Shown: positions 1 through 11,790 of the stretch, in pieces
How the letters are laid out: each line of letters opens with the position of its first letter
Numbering within the stretch: position 1 is the stretch's first letter
Assembly (NCBI GenBank): GCA_012026655.1
Contig: JAAILG010000062.1
Location: 62,001 to 126,000, forward strand
DNA from: Hydrolagus affinis
Lineage: Eukaryota
Direction: 5' to 3'
DNA length: 64,000 nucleotides
Program-made: the position numbers and the translations under genes
Notes under the pieces: generated by a model
Told to the model about the DNA's origin: nothing
What the model saw: the letters and a program-made list of their open reading frames with translations, nothing else
Database searches by the model: none

Positions 1-324
1 TAGATGTGATTTATTCCCAACCAGAAGACTCAACTAGTTTGAGTCTGAGTCCTTTTGTCACACCAACTTGCTGACTCTGTTTTGGTGAATTCTGCCAGCT
101 CTTAGCCAAGCCAAGAGACTGAGCAATTTACCTACTCCCTCACTCTTCAGTTGGTAAAAGGGAAGGCTGTTTTAAACAGAAGTGAGTTCAATTTTATCCA
201 GGAAAATGTTGGCCAGGACTTTGCAGAGCATGGGTTTGCCAATACTGGTTCCTCACAGGTTATTAATTGAACCAAACAGCAGCAAATGTCCTTGGGTTAC
301 CGACCTGGGGTTCTTAGTTTGACA

Positions 325-424
325 NNNNNNNNNNNNNNNNNNNNNNNNNNNNNNNNNNNNNNNNNNNNNNNNNNNNNNNNNNNNNNNNNNNNNNNNNNNN
401 NNNNNNNNNNNNNNNNNNNNNNNN
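325..424. other. Assembly gap (100 N) followed by a C18 homopolymer (425-442)
   Basis: Run of N, then poly-C. Confidence 0.99.
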
Positions 425-447
425 CCCCCCCCCCCCCCCCCCGCATG

Positions 448-536
448 ATCCCACAAGCAGCTGTGAGGTGAATGACCAATTAATCTAGAGGTCTGGTGGC
501 AAGGACACCACTAGAAATTCCCTTCTCCTTTCAAAA
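448..536 (-). mobile_element. Deu-domain SINE fragment
   Basis: atcccacaagcagc..tgaatgaccaatt..ggcaaggacacc resembles the reverse complement of the Deu core seen at 41095-41415 and 59590-59955. Confidence 0.5.
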
Positions 537-2044
537 GATTTGAAAATTAGTTTTCAAATGGAAAACTCATATTATACAAAGAGGAGAGAGTAGTATGCAT
601 TTAAACAAATAAAGTAATTAAGTAACACACAGCTCCACTTCATTGAGCAGAAGTGCTGCAAGGACACAGTAGAGCAGAGTGTTACATCTTCAAAGCAAAG
701 CAGTTTCTGCAATAAATTAGTAACCAGTACCTGTCCACTAAGCTGACAGCTTGGAACTCCACTAAACTCATCACCACATTAATAAGAAAAGTGTTGTGTG
801 TTGATGTGTAAGCCTGCAAATCATTATTTACCTTTCATGCCCAAATTATACATATTATCAAAGAAAGTCCTAATGAACCACAGCATACACTACAGAAGGA
901 CTGCATCTTGACTGCATATTTCAGCACCCTTCAGAAGGCTGTACTACCAGTGTTAAAACCTGTCACCGAGTTTTGCATCACAATCATGAGATGTCTCACA
1001 CTTGTACATTTTTGCTTAAGGCTTCTTAGATACTGGCAGTATTGAACACAATACATGGAGGTACATGGACACTTAATGTAAAATTGCTAAAAACTTAGCT
1101 TAAAACGATGTGTCTGTTTAAGAGACCATTGACAAAAACGTATAGTACCACATCAATGTCCCTGAACGACGGTGATTAGTAAAATAGGCTGTAGGTATGG
1201 GGATATGCTGAGCACATATAGGTATGTCTTAGTGAAAGGTTTATTTCCCAGAGATGTTGGTAGAATGACAGGTGTATATATTTCTAAAAAAAATCCTTGA
1301 AAGATACAAAGGCAAACTTGTCAAAACAAAAAGGCACACACAACTTTTGCCACCTAACTGACACATGTGAATAGCTGCAATTTAACTATCAGAGAACACA
1401 GTTTAACAAAATCATGGCTTCATATAAAATATATGGGTCCATACATGCTGTTGTTGATACCATGGAGGAAGCATTAATTTATAGAATGTTAAAGTCATAA
1501 TCTTGGGTTGGGGGTGAATTATCCACTTGAAAATGTACACTTGCATCTATAACCTAAAGATTTCAGTACAAATTTCATTTTGCCCTGAATTTCTCCTAGC
1601 ATTTTTTTTAATATCGAGAAAGCAGATTAGGGGGTAATCTTAATGTAATAGAAAATAGAATAGTTTGAGTTTCACCTTTGCTGACAGTAGAAAGTATGAA
1701 TTCTTGATTGAAGCAGAATACAAATTGGTGGCAATACTTTGCACCTCCTCTGCACAGCACGGCACAGAGTAGATTGTGAACAGAGGTCAACTGGACCAGG
1801 TGGCATGCTACTGTCAGCATTCAGTCCTCTGGTGTTGAGACAACATCAAAGAGTGACATTTGGGAGCAATTCTGTGCTGTGAGATAGCCAGGTTTATTTT
1901 ACTTGTGAAAATTAGCTGTTAAACATGGGGAAAGTGGTTACCAGTTAGAAAAATTGCATTGATTGCAGATGAAGCACTATGTGTGAAGATTTTCGAAACT
2001 GCATTATTACTCAAAGCAAATATTTAAGAAGAATTCTTATTGTG

Positions 2045-2962
2045 TTCCTGTTATGAACATTGGAGTAGGCCATTCAGCCCTTCAAGCTTGTTCCGCCATT
2101 TAATTAGATCATGGCTGATCTGTACCTCAACTAATCCTTTCAATTCCGATTTCTCGCTTTCTCCCCATATCCCTTAATACCCTGACCTACCAAAAATCTA
2201 TCAACCTCACTTCCTGAAGGTGTGGATGGATCCAGCACCCACAGTTCTTTTGGGGGAGAGAATTCCAGATTTCTACCACACTTTGAGAGGAAAAAATGCT
2301 TCCTGATTTCACTCTTAGATGGCCTAGTTCTAATTTGTTGGCCTCTTCTTTTGGATTCCCCTACCAGAGGAAATAGTATCTACCCTATCAAATCACTTTA
2401 TCATCTTAAATACATCAATCAAATCACCCCTCAACCTTCTAAACTCAAGGAAATACAATCCAAGTTTACGCAGCCTTTCCTCGTAACAACTCTTTTAGGC
2501 CTGGTAGCATTCTGGTGAAGCTGCACTGCAACCCCTTCCAGGGCCAATATATGTTTCCTTGAGGTGTGCCCAAAACTGAATGCAGTATTCTAGGTGCAGT
2601 CTGACTAACGCTCTATGTAGCTGAAGCACCATTTCTTCCCCCCTCTTCCCCATTATATCCAGGCCTCTTGATATAAAGGCCAACATTCCATCAGCCATTT
2701 TGATTACTTTTTGCACCTGGGAACTAGTTTTTATTAGTTTTTGGATACGGACACCCAAATCTCGTTGCTCCTCCAATTCTCAATCTCTCCTCGTTGAGAA
2801 AATATTCTGCTTTATCTTTTTCCAGTCTATAGTGGTTGACCTCGCACTTCTCTATATTGAACTCCATCTGCCGCAACTTTGCCCACTCACTTAATCTGTC
2901 TAAATCCCTTGATAACTTCCTATTATCATCTACACAATTTACTGAATCTCCCAGTTTAGTGA
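2045..2962 (-). mobile_element. 5'-truncated CR1 LINE (ORF2 C-terminus + 3' UTR)
   Basis: ORF 2495-2776 reads QRDLGV..GMLAFISRG..LQLHRALVRLHLEYCIQFW; upstream TKLG/DLDRLSEWA-like motifs; 3' UTR gatcagccatgatcta..gggctgaatggcctactcc. Confidence 0.92.
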
Positions 2963-4544
2963 AAATGTGATAACTATTCCACCGTTTGGATTTTTATCTT
3001 GACTCGTACAAATGAGCAGAGAGCAGAAGCTGTATGGAGGAATGATCAATGAGTGCTTCTTCAAGATTTAGTTCAGAACTTTCATTAGTAATCCAGTTCA
3101 TGCAGATTAAACACACCCTGTTTTAAAATTAATTTCCGCATGCAAGTGGGGGAGGCTAGAAAGGCTTTGATGGCTTTAAGTACCATGCTTGACAAATGCA
3201 AAACACGGAGAGAGCAGCAAGGCAATGAAAGTACCCAAATCTGACTAGAACACAGACTTTCACACCTTAAGAAACGTGTATTCAAATTGTATCTTGATAC
3301 ACTTTGAATCAAAAAAATAGATGGTTCAATATTCAGGATTCTAGATTGCTTGATATTCATGACTGAGAACAACTATTGACTTTATACATCATTGATCCTG
3401 AATTTCGATGAATCTTACGGATCTTACAAGTGCCAACAGAGATAAGTGTATTTTCCCAGGAACCAAAAACACTTGTCCTTCAGTTCTGAAATAATCATAT
3501 CCATCATGGCAATACTTATCTTATTAAACTGCTGTTGTCATGATCCCTCAATGGGTTAGAGAGCTCAAAGAACACAGTTGCTTTGCCGCGGGGCGGGAGC
3601 GAAAACAATTTATTCTAAGGAGAAAGGACAGTGTTGGAATGTATATTCATGATAGTTGGACTGAAAAGGCGTGCTTCAATATGGTACATTTCTACATTAT
3701 TTGTAAAATATGTTTCAAAATAGAAACATTAGGCAAACAATTCAATAACTTAGTATGAATAAATATACTGCTTGACTTTTCACATATTAGTTTCAGTTTG
3801 ATAGAGAGAATTATTTGTTTCTTAGCTGTACTAACAGTGTCTCATATTGCAATCAAGTAACAGTTGCGAGATTGACAAGTTACATAGAAAAAGCTTTCCG
3901 TCAACAAAGAGACTAAAAGCCATTATTGCAGAGTGTACATTGTGTCCTGGGCCTGGTAAACACATCTTCATTGATCACACAGAATGATAGAAATATCTGC
4001 TTCTGTATAGCTCAATCAAGAACCTTTTACAAAGGCGAAGTGCAAACAATACTGAAAACAAAATGAGACTGACATTACCCTCAAACACTAAATAATAGTT
4101 TAGTTTGGCCGAGCCATCTGTAACCTTTTAAAATGGTGCCAAAAAAGATTAAATGCAAAACCTGTCTATTACAACCTTTTGAAAGATGGAAAAGTGACAC
4201 AGCATTGTAAGATTTATTGGGGACTAGTGAAAGACTAAGCTTTTAGGCAAGAATACCAAGGTAAAAGCAGTATTTTTCAAACCTATTTGAAAAGAAATCA
4301 AAAACCTATCTTTTCAGGAAAAATATTGAGTAAATAAATGTACTAAGTTACGGTATTGCATATATTCAGCAAGAGAGTAAAGAAAGCTGTTTTTACACAG
4401 ACCTGTACTATGTACAAACTCAATCATTTTTCTCTGTAATCATTAGCTCTTAAATAACTAATAATTATCAAAAAATGTCTGCTTTGCAATTTTTTTTGCA
4501 GCTTTTCTCTGTTAATTTCTCATCTCTAGTTTTTTTTTCCCTTT

Positions 4545-4795
4545 TCCGTCTTCTTAGCTTCTGACACCTATTTTCTCTCTCTTGGGCATGATTTTATGGG
4601 TACTAAGCAACCTACAATATCTTCCTCAAGTGACCATTATTTACACAGTGCTCAACCCTGAGTGTTGGTGCACTATTTGACACTGAGTCTGTCTGGTTAA
4701 TTGACATTAAAGGGATCCAGATAATAATCAGGCACAGAAAACATGGCTGTATTCTTTCTATAACCCAGGGTGCTGAGGCAAACAGGAGCATTCTC
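4545..4795 (-). mobile_element. Degenerate ancient SINE-like repeat (MER131-like, name from memory)
   Basis: aatcaggcacagaaaacatggctg..acccagggtgctgaggcaaa parallels aatcaggagcagcagctctggctg..gcccaggggcgctgtagccaa at 63800-63860. Confidence 0.4.
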
Positions 4796-4864
4796 AGTTA
4801 CTTCTCACCTGTGAACACTTATGCAGGATGATCTGGGAATCCACCTTGCCATGCTATACATAAT

Positions 4865-5135
4865 AATATAATTTATACTTAGATGGAGTCTTTCACGTTG
4901 GAAGGTCATCTCAAAGTGCTTTACGCTGCTGGCTGGGCATCTGAGCTGAAGGGGAGGTGGGAGCTGAAGAGAGTGGAGAACGGGAAAGATGACTAAAAGT
5001 GCAACTAAAAAACTAAAAGTGGTAAATCTTGAGGTGGACTTTAGGAGAGAGGAGGAGAAGAAAGGGATAGGATTACAGAGAGTGGGAGCAGAATGGAAAA
5101 AAGCCTGGGGAAATGGCAGCAGGGTTCCTGGATCT
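4865..5135 (-). mobile_element. L2 LINE 3' fragment
   Basis: Minus frame AFFHSAPTLCNPIP..LLKSTSR fits the L2 ORF2 end; shares cagctcagatgc with the L2 at 23540-23738; tail-like 3' end. Confidence 0.7.
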
Positions 5136-5214
5136 GGAGTCTGCAATTCACCATTTGCGAATCGTGAAACCTGACATTTGCAAACCAGTGCAGAAATTAA
5201 TCCAGTTTGTGATT

Positions 5215-5523
5215 GATACAGTTAGGCTCCATGGTTAGAGCATTTGCCCTACAAGTGAGAGACCTGGGTTCGATTCCAGGCAGGGCAAAACCTTGGGCAA
5301 GTATCCTGACTTCACATGTTTGATAATAATCCCTCAAGAAAACCCCCCCAATAATAAATTGATCACTTCAATCCATGACTATTTGTGGGACACTGCTGTG
5401 CACAATTGGCTGCCGCATTTCTCCCATGAATATACAGTCACTTCACTTTACAATGAAGCGTATTAAGATGTGTAGAAGATGTGAAAAGCATTACATCAAA
5501 TGCAAGGATTATTATTATTATTA
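5215..5523 (+). mobile_element. Full-length tRNA-headed SINE with partial Deu core and (ATT)n tail
   Basis: A box tggttagagc, B box ggttcgattcc, core ttgtgggacactgctgtgcacaattggctgccgc, tail aaatgcaaggattattatta; colinear with 21169-21462. Confidence 0.9.
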
Positions 5524-6299
5524 TGATCACCTCCGTCCTAGTTGATTGCTATTTCTTCTGAGGACAGCACACCTGAGGTAGTCGTCGATATACTGGAAAT
5601 GGGAACTAGTTCCATGCATTTATATGTGTAACTGTCAGTGAGATTGATCATATGGAGCTATCTATAATATTTTCCATTCTGCTGCACAATTGGTTATTTA
5701 TGGAGCTAACACTGACACTAATTGAAATATTCGACTGGCTACTGCGTTCTCTACCCAATTGTGACATTCTCAAATAGCCAGATGTTTACAAAGATTATAA
5801 ACCACACTAAATGTACATTATTTTTTGTTTGCATTTATTCAGAGTGTGGCTAGTGATCTTTTGGGTCGATCACTTCCCCCCACCCCCAATGAAGAAGGGC
5901 ATACTGTTAATTTCTCATCTCCAGGGTGGTTAGTGGTGTTGATTGCCTGTTCGAAAATCAAACCATTTACTTGAGAATGATTTCGGTGGTCTACATCGCA
6001 TATTCCAGATGATCTCTCCCAGAGGATAGATTTCATTCATTTGGAGTTGGGTTTAGCTAGACGTCAGGGTCCCTTAGGGCGGTCAGAGGTTTTGTAATTC
6101 TCAGAGGGCAATGTGATTGTCTTGTTAACATAAGCAGTGATCCTGTAACAAAGTAAACTCCATTTGTGGTTTGAAGGTCACTGACACAATGTTACTTTGG
6201 CCACCCAGGTACTACATAGTAAAACACTAACTAAAGACACAAAGGGATTAAATAATAACTGCTAAGTATGCCTACATTTACTTTGGGTAGCATTTGATG

Positions 6300-6960
6300 C
6301 CATTTTCATCACTGTCAAAGTGTTTCTTTTTCTCTGCTCTTAAAATTACAGTTAAAACTCAACGCTGTGATCTTCCTCCACCTTCCTCATCTTCACTCAG
6401 TGTTAACCCTCACTTTGTTACACCATTCTTTGCAACTTGGCTTCAGGCAGCAGAGCAATATGAGTTAGGTAGAGTGTATTTATATTGCCCACTCACGTCA
6501 TTCAATCTCGCACTTGATGCAACAGTTCTGCCCATATCCATGGAACCATGCCCCAGTAGAATGAAAAGGAAATTGAACAAAAGATATTGCCAGAGAAAAG
6601 TTAGGCTGCAACAGATATCCATGCGCATAATGTTGCTGTCCTTTTTTAGATTGTTTATGATGGCTTGATACCAGAAGAGGGGAGAACAGAATCCTGGAAT
6701 CAATACTGAACCAGATACATATGTCCTGTAGTCAATCACATTGATTTGTGTCTGAAGCCACCTTCAGTAGGTGGGTTTCAGCAAAGTCATGTCCCATGCC
6801 ACGACTGGGATTTGCTTTTATACTGCAGATTTTGCATCAAATTGATGCTTACAAAATGTAAGATAAGAGGGGTGCTTAATGCAGTAAAACTATTTGCCAC
6901 TTGCAATGTAGGAGATCCGACAAAGGTTCCTGATTGATAACATTGAGAGGATTATGATAA
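6300..6960 (-). mobile_element. Decayed PIF/Harbinger DDE transposase
   Basis: Motifs in HARBI1-like order across frames: RNLCRIS (GDLCGIS), IPVVAWDMT (P.V.GAIDCT), GF..INVID, IPGFCS (FPGSCHD), HGYLLQP (GYPL.P), GRTVASSARLNDVSGQYKYT, acidic EDEE tail. Confidence 0.45.
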
Positions 6961-8055
6961 GCAATGAGAAGTAGAAAATTATTATATACTTCAGTAGATT
7001 CTTAAATTAAATTAAACGATTACCCTGATGTATGCACACTAGCAATGATTAGGGCCAGATGGCACCACATTGTTGTACAGTATTTTATAACAATTTCTGA
7101 AGATCCTCTTCACCAGGGAGACATGTTAAAGGAAGAAACATTGATTTGCATTGATCGAATGCAAAAGGAACTGAAATCAAGCAGAAAGTAAAATATCCTC
7201 TGAATGTTAGTGTTCGAGAAGACGTGTAATCAGTCATTTATGGCACCACTTGTTTATATGGGCTGTTGGCACAAATTAAAAGCAACCCTTGCACCAAAGA
7301 AATCAAAGCCATAAGGTGACAAACATAAGAGGAGGTGCACTAGCAAACATGCACTGAAAACACAAAGTGCTGTGTAATTGCCTAACAGCCCCTTCTGATG
7401 CTCAATGAAAGCAGACCTTTTAATTCTAAGCTGTGCTTACAAGACAAAGTAGAGCAACATTTTGTGGTGCATCTCACATAAATAGAAAACGAAGTCATTT
7501 TTTGGTTTCACAAAAGAAGTCTGTTTGAATTCTCAGCTGCTTCGTGATGGCTGGTTTGAAAGCAAAAACCATATAATTGGTAACAGCTGAGATGCGCTCC
7601 ATTTGGATATAGCTGAAAGATCTGGTGCAGGTCGGGCAGAAGTGTAAATTACAACTCTGACCATGTCAAGACCTTCATTCTTTTTTATATATATAAATGA
7701 GGATTTTTGAGATTTTCCTTCTCTCCCTCCCCCCACCCAACCCCCTTCTTCTTTGTTTTTGTATTCCACTGTTTAATTTAAATCAGAGTTGTAAGTCATT
7801 TTCTTTTTTGAATGGGTGGTAAAAACAAGCCCAGCAGGTAATTCACACCACATTAAAAACTGCTGGTGCAATAAGAAGACTAATCATGGTGAGCTTCTAG
7901 TGACAAATTACCAACTGCAAATTAAAGCTGTCCTGACCGTGGATGGTAATGATGTAGGTATGCGATTCTGTGCTCATAATAAGGTACTTTTACACTTAAA
8001 GGTGCATGCCTCTTTTTCTATTGGATAACTCTGGCAAATAATATGCATCATCTAA

Positions 8056-8167
8056 AATAATAAATAGTGCTTGCATTTTGATATAGCACTTTTCATGTCT
8101 TCTCGACGTCTCAAAGTTCTTCACAGAATATACTGTAAAGTGAATTGACTGTCTATTTGTGGGCCCA
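8056..8167 (-). mobile_element. SINE 3' fragment
   Basis: cttgcattttgatatagcacttttcatg..cttcacagaatatactgtaaagtgaattgactg matches the reversed family tail. Confidence 0.85.
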
Positions 8168-8430
8168 CTTGGGGCAAATACAATCTGCTCTCCATCAGGT
8201 TAGATAACACCCACCCCACACTTACTATATTCTGACTAACTATGCAGTAAAGTGCTAGATGTTTATTTCTTGTTTTTGTCAAATAAGTTTTGTCTTGTTT
8301 TATAATCTCTACACACATAAGAATTACCAGCTCTGGGCATTCTATTATTCCCTTGTTCACATTGGCAACATACAGAGTAACTACTGAACACACACCAGTA
8401 TGAATAAGAGTTAATTTCCATAAAATATAT

Positions 8431-8537
8431 AATAAAAATCCTTGCATTGATACAGCACCTTTTCATGTCATCAAAACATCTCAAAGAGATTAGCAGAATA
8501 TACTATTAAGTGATATGACTGTGTATTTTGTGGGTGA
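8431..8537 (-). mobile_element. SINE 3' fragment
   Basis: aatccttgcattgatacagcacc..gaatatactattaagtg. Confidence 0.8.
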
Positions 8538-9299
8538 GTTTTGTTTGAAGGGCAGTAGCATTTACTGGCATGTTTAGGTGTAACTGTGTGCCTGCTAATA
8601 ATGTGTGTACTGTACTGTACTACTGTACCTCTGATCAGCAGCTGCACAAACAGCAGCTCTCAGTTCATGGCGAATTGCAAAGTTGCTAGATTTTCTGCTA
8701 AAAAGGTCCAAGCAGCTAACAGACAGGTTGTTGAATATGTCAGCTGCTGGAATTCTGGAATTATATAAGTGAATTTTTAGGAGGAAAAAAAAGCATTTCA
8801 TAGATTCAATCTTTACATTTTAAACACCATACTAAAGGAAGTGAATGTCACCTATTCTAAAATAGCAAGTACAAAATATCTTGTGGCTGAAATTTTTTTT
8901 AAAAAGGAAATGTTGTTGGCATGAGGACTTCAGGAAAAAACTTAAGCAGAAAGAGTTGATTACTTGCTATGACTGTATAATTGAAGATTCAGCACTGAGC
9001 TTCCTTCCTGCACAGTTGGGTATCAGTTCAGCACCTTTTAGTTTCTCTGAATACCAGTACTGACATTTTCAACAATCTGTCTGTGAAATCACCCTATGAA
9101 ATGGCAAGTGAAAGTTGTCCTGTCACTACTGCAGAATCCAGATTCTGTATTTTAACAGATTAAAAACAGGTTCCTAATTTGTAACAGATTAAATACTGAG
9201 TGAATCTTACAGTTCACCCCATTGGCTGGGTTGCCCACTCTTAAAAAATATGGAGACAAGCAAATGCGATGGCCTGTGCAAAATTGAATGCAGAATTCT

Positions 9300-9365
9300 A
9301 ATGGGAATAGGAGTATCCTATTCGGCTCATCGAGCCTGCTCTGCAGTTTATTAGTTCATGATATC
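9300..9365 (-). mobile_element. CR1 3' UTR remnant
   Basis: ggaataggagtatcctattcggctcatcgagcctgctctg resembles 2062-2100. Confidence 0.4.
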
Positions 9366-9740
9366 TCTTCATCTTTCTAAAACTTGAAGGAGTTTTAGTT
9401 TCAGTCTTTTGTGGTTCATCTAAGTAATATTAGTTTAGGAATCATTCAGGTTTGGAGTTTCAAACCACACTGTTTGATGCAATAGATGTATTTATTTATA
9501 ATGGAACCTATGCAATGTCTTTTCATTGTACTTGTAATTTCTCTTCTGTTGATTTTGTTTTCCATTGCTGATCTGATAATCTCCACATTTAATCATCCAA
9601 TAGCTTCCTTCAATTTATTTTACATTTTAGTTAAACATTCACATGCAACATTCGCTTCTTCCTTGTTTCTTTCTCCAGATATGCAGCTAGAACCATAGAG
9701 GGATTCCCATGTTAATAATTATTTCCTTTGTAGACAATTT

Positions 9741-9834
9741 ATAATAATAATACTTGCATTTGATAGCGCCTTATCATGTCTTCAAGACGTTTCAAAGTGC
9801 TTCACAATATATACTGTAAAGTGGATGGATTGTG
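9741..9834 (-). mobile_element. SINE 3' fragment
   Basis: ataataataatacttgcatttgatagcgccttatcatgtcttcaagacg.. Confidence 0.85.
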
Positions 9835-9835
9835 T

Positions 9836-9912
9836 GCTATCAGCGCCTTGGGACGTCCTCCTGACATGAAAGGTGCTATACAAACAAGTGTACTGTAATT
9901 TTGTTGTTGTTG
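9836..9912 (+). mobile_element. L2 3' tail, (TTG)n type
   Basis: cagcgccttgggacgtcctcctgacatgaaaggtgctata..ttgttgttg, same tail as 63135-63198 and 57945 (-). Confidence 0.8.
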
Positions 9913-10029
9913 TGTTGGCAAAACAATTTATACAATGTTGACCACAAAAATATACTGTACAATCAATTCCCTTTTCAGGGGTAATAAGCCCTTCCAAAAA
10001 ATAAGATTAAATTGGTAATTTCAATCTAA

Positions 10030-10170
10030 GCTGTGCACAATTGGCTGCCGTGTTTCACCCACAAGTATACAGTCAATTCACTTTACAGTATATTCAGTGA
10101 AGCACTTTGAGACATCTAGAAGATGTGAAAGCACTATATCAAATGTAAGGATTATTATTATTTATTATTA
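10030..10170 (+). mobile_element. SINE 3' half (Deu end + tail)
   Basis: gctgtgcacaattggctgccgtgtttcacccacaag..aaatgtaaggattattatta. Confidence 0.9.
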
Positions 10171-10599
10171 CTTTGAGAATCACAATGATTTTAATAACCA
10201 TTACTAAAGCAATGAAACTAAGCCACTTGCTGCTCCCTTTGCAATCAGATCACCTCCTGTACATTTGGTATTGCGTTACACAGAAAGGCATTGCATTAAA
10301 CACTACTTGTTGTTTTGCACAGTGTGTTTAGATCAAACTGTATATCCTATGGTCTTCAGCACCCTATAGCTTAATGACTCCAGTGCATAGCCTTATTGAT
10401 AGGTCTGAAAAAGACCAGTGGTCTTTTTAAATTGCCAATGTAATGAAAATGTTTAAATAACTACAGTGATAGGCACTGCAGAAATCTCGATTGATTATTG
10501 TATACTGATTTTTAGACGCTAGAGCTTTGCAGCTTTCAAACCAATGGCCTGCACACTCATCAAAAAAAACATTCAATCAGTGCAATGAGTGACATGGGA

Positions 10600-10920
10600 C
10601 AATAAAAGGTTCAGAGGCTGATGAGTCGAAATAATGAGTTGTGAGACAATAATGGAACCTTTTGTCTGAAAAGGGTCACGATTGTTTGTTTTGAATTAAA
10701 TTTGCTTTGAAGAGAATTTAAATGTTGTGAGATTTATATAAAAATGCAGCCGGACACTTTGGTTTCAGAGAAATGGAACAAAATATTTCAAGCAGGGCTA
10801 AGAAATTGAGGAAGAAAGTCTCATCCTGATATTATTTAATTATTATTATTATATTATTTTGTGGAATATCACATGCTGCCTCCTTCTCCAGATCACTATT
10901 ATAAATCAGGGAGGGCCTTT
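10600..10920 (+). mobile_element. Possible decayed Harbinger Myb/SANT-like ORF
   Basis: Across frames: KRFRG**VEIM, *IKFA..LNVV, RTLWFQR/KWN, SRAKKLRKK, NQGGP; Myb_DNA-bind_5-like layout but very degenerate. Confidence 0.3.
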
Positions 10921-11687
10921 AATGAATGAATTGGGTTGTGGAAAGCGATCTTGCAAGCATCTGGAAGCTTCAGTTGTTTTTCAGTATACAGAGGAGGAAA
11001 TAGCATTGTATGAGGAAAAGAGAATGTTTAACCCCTATTCACAAAAGATAATGTATGCTTTCAGTGATCAAAACTCACAGTGTGAATTCGTGAATTGATG
11101 CTGCCAACTATTATAAAATCATCCTGCATGCAGCATCACTGTCCTTTTACATCTCACTCTGACATCCTAAAACAGCACATTTTAGTGGCCTTGATCATTA
11201 TAAACTTTTATTAAATAAACTGAGACAAATAATAAGCAGCCTTACTGTACTTGAATTGTAGGCCATTTGGTGTTGATCATGATGCAGAGATGTCATTGGA
11301 TTTAATGCCTTTGGGAAAGTGGTTTGTTCCATGCTGTTTTAGAATTTGTGCAGGTTGCTATTTACTGGAAAGCCATTGAAGTGATTTTAGTTCTTTCAAA
11401 AATAACTCTCAGCAATCACTAGTGCGGTTTTAAGAACTGTCGAGCAGAAACCTATCCAATCTTTGAAGGAGTTAATCCATTCTCAAATAGGAACTGTGGC
11501 GTGTGGCAGCCAAAAGGTCGGCCACCCTGATTTAGATCGCTCGTATTCCGAGACTATCACTGTATAAACTTCCTTGGAAAAATACTGCAGAAATAGTTGC
11601 ACTTGGAGTATTCATGCTATCATCAATAAAAATATTCCCATGTTTAGTTAAAGTATTGGCATATCTTTACTCTAACGTATAAGGGTG

Positions 11688-11790
11688 AGGGAGGAAATTT
11701 CTATTGAGCCCTCATGACGTAATCATGAGGATGTGCGATCAGGAACACAACAATATGTCTACTCATAACGCTGACAGAAATTTCAGCCCT
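11688..11790. mobile_element. MITE-like element with imperfect terminal inverted repeats
   Basis: Left agggaggaaatttctattgagc versus reverse complement of right end agggctgaaatttctgtcagc; internal hairpin cctcatga-cgtaa-tcatgagg (11710-11730). Confidence 0.45.

Noticed and set aside
253-479. ORFs spanning N runs (also 56458-56775)
   Set aside because: Artefacts of assembly gaps.
3010-3300. Myb/SANT-like pattern (RAEAVW..LLQDLV..RKAL..LKKR)
   Set aside because: Too few diagnostic residues to separate from chance.
5574-5595. tgaggtagt, a let-7-like 5' end
   Set aside because: Only 9 nt match and no complementary 3p arm or precursor hairpin.
6279-6739. Minus ORF with a hydrophobic stretch followed by three in-frame TGA codons (selenoprotein-like)
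   Set aside because: No SECIS seen; three TGA stops are compatible with chance; better explained as a decayed Harbinger transposase.
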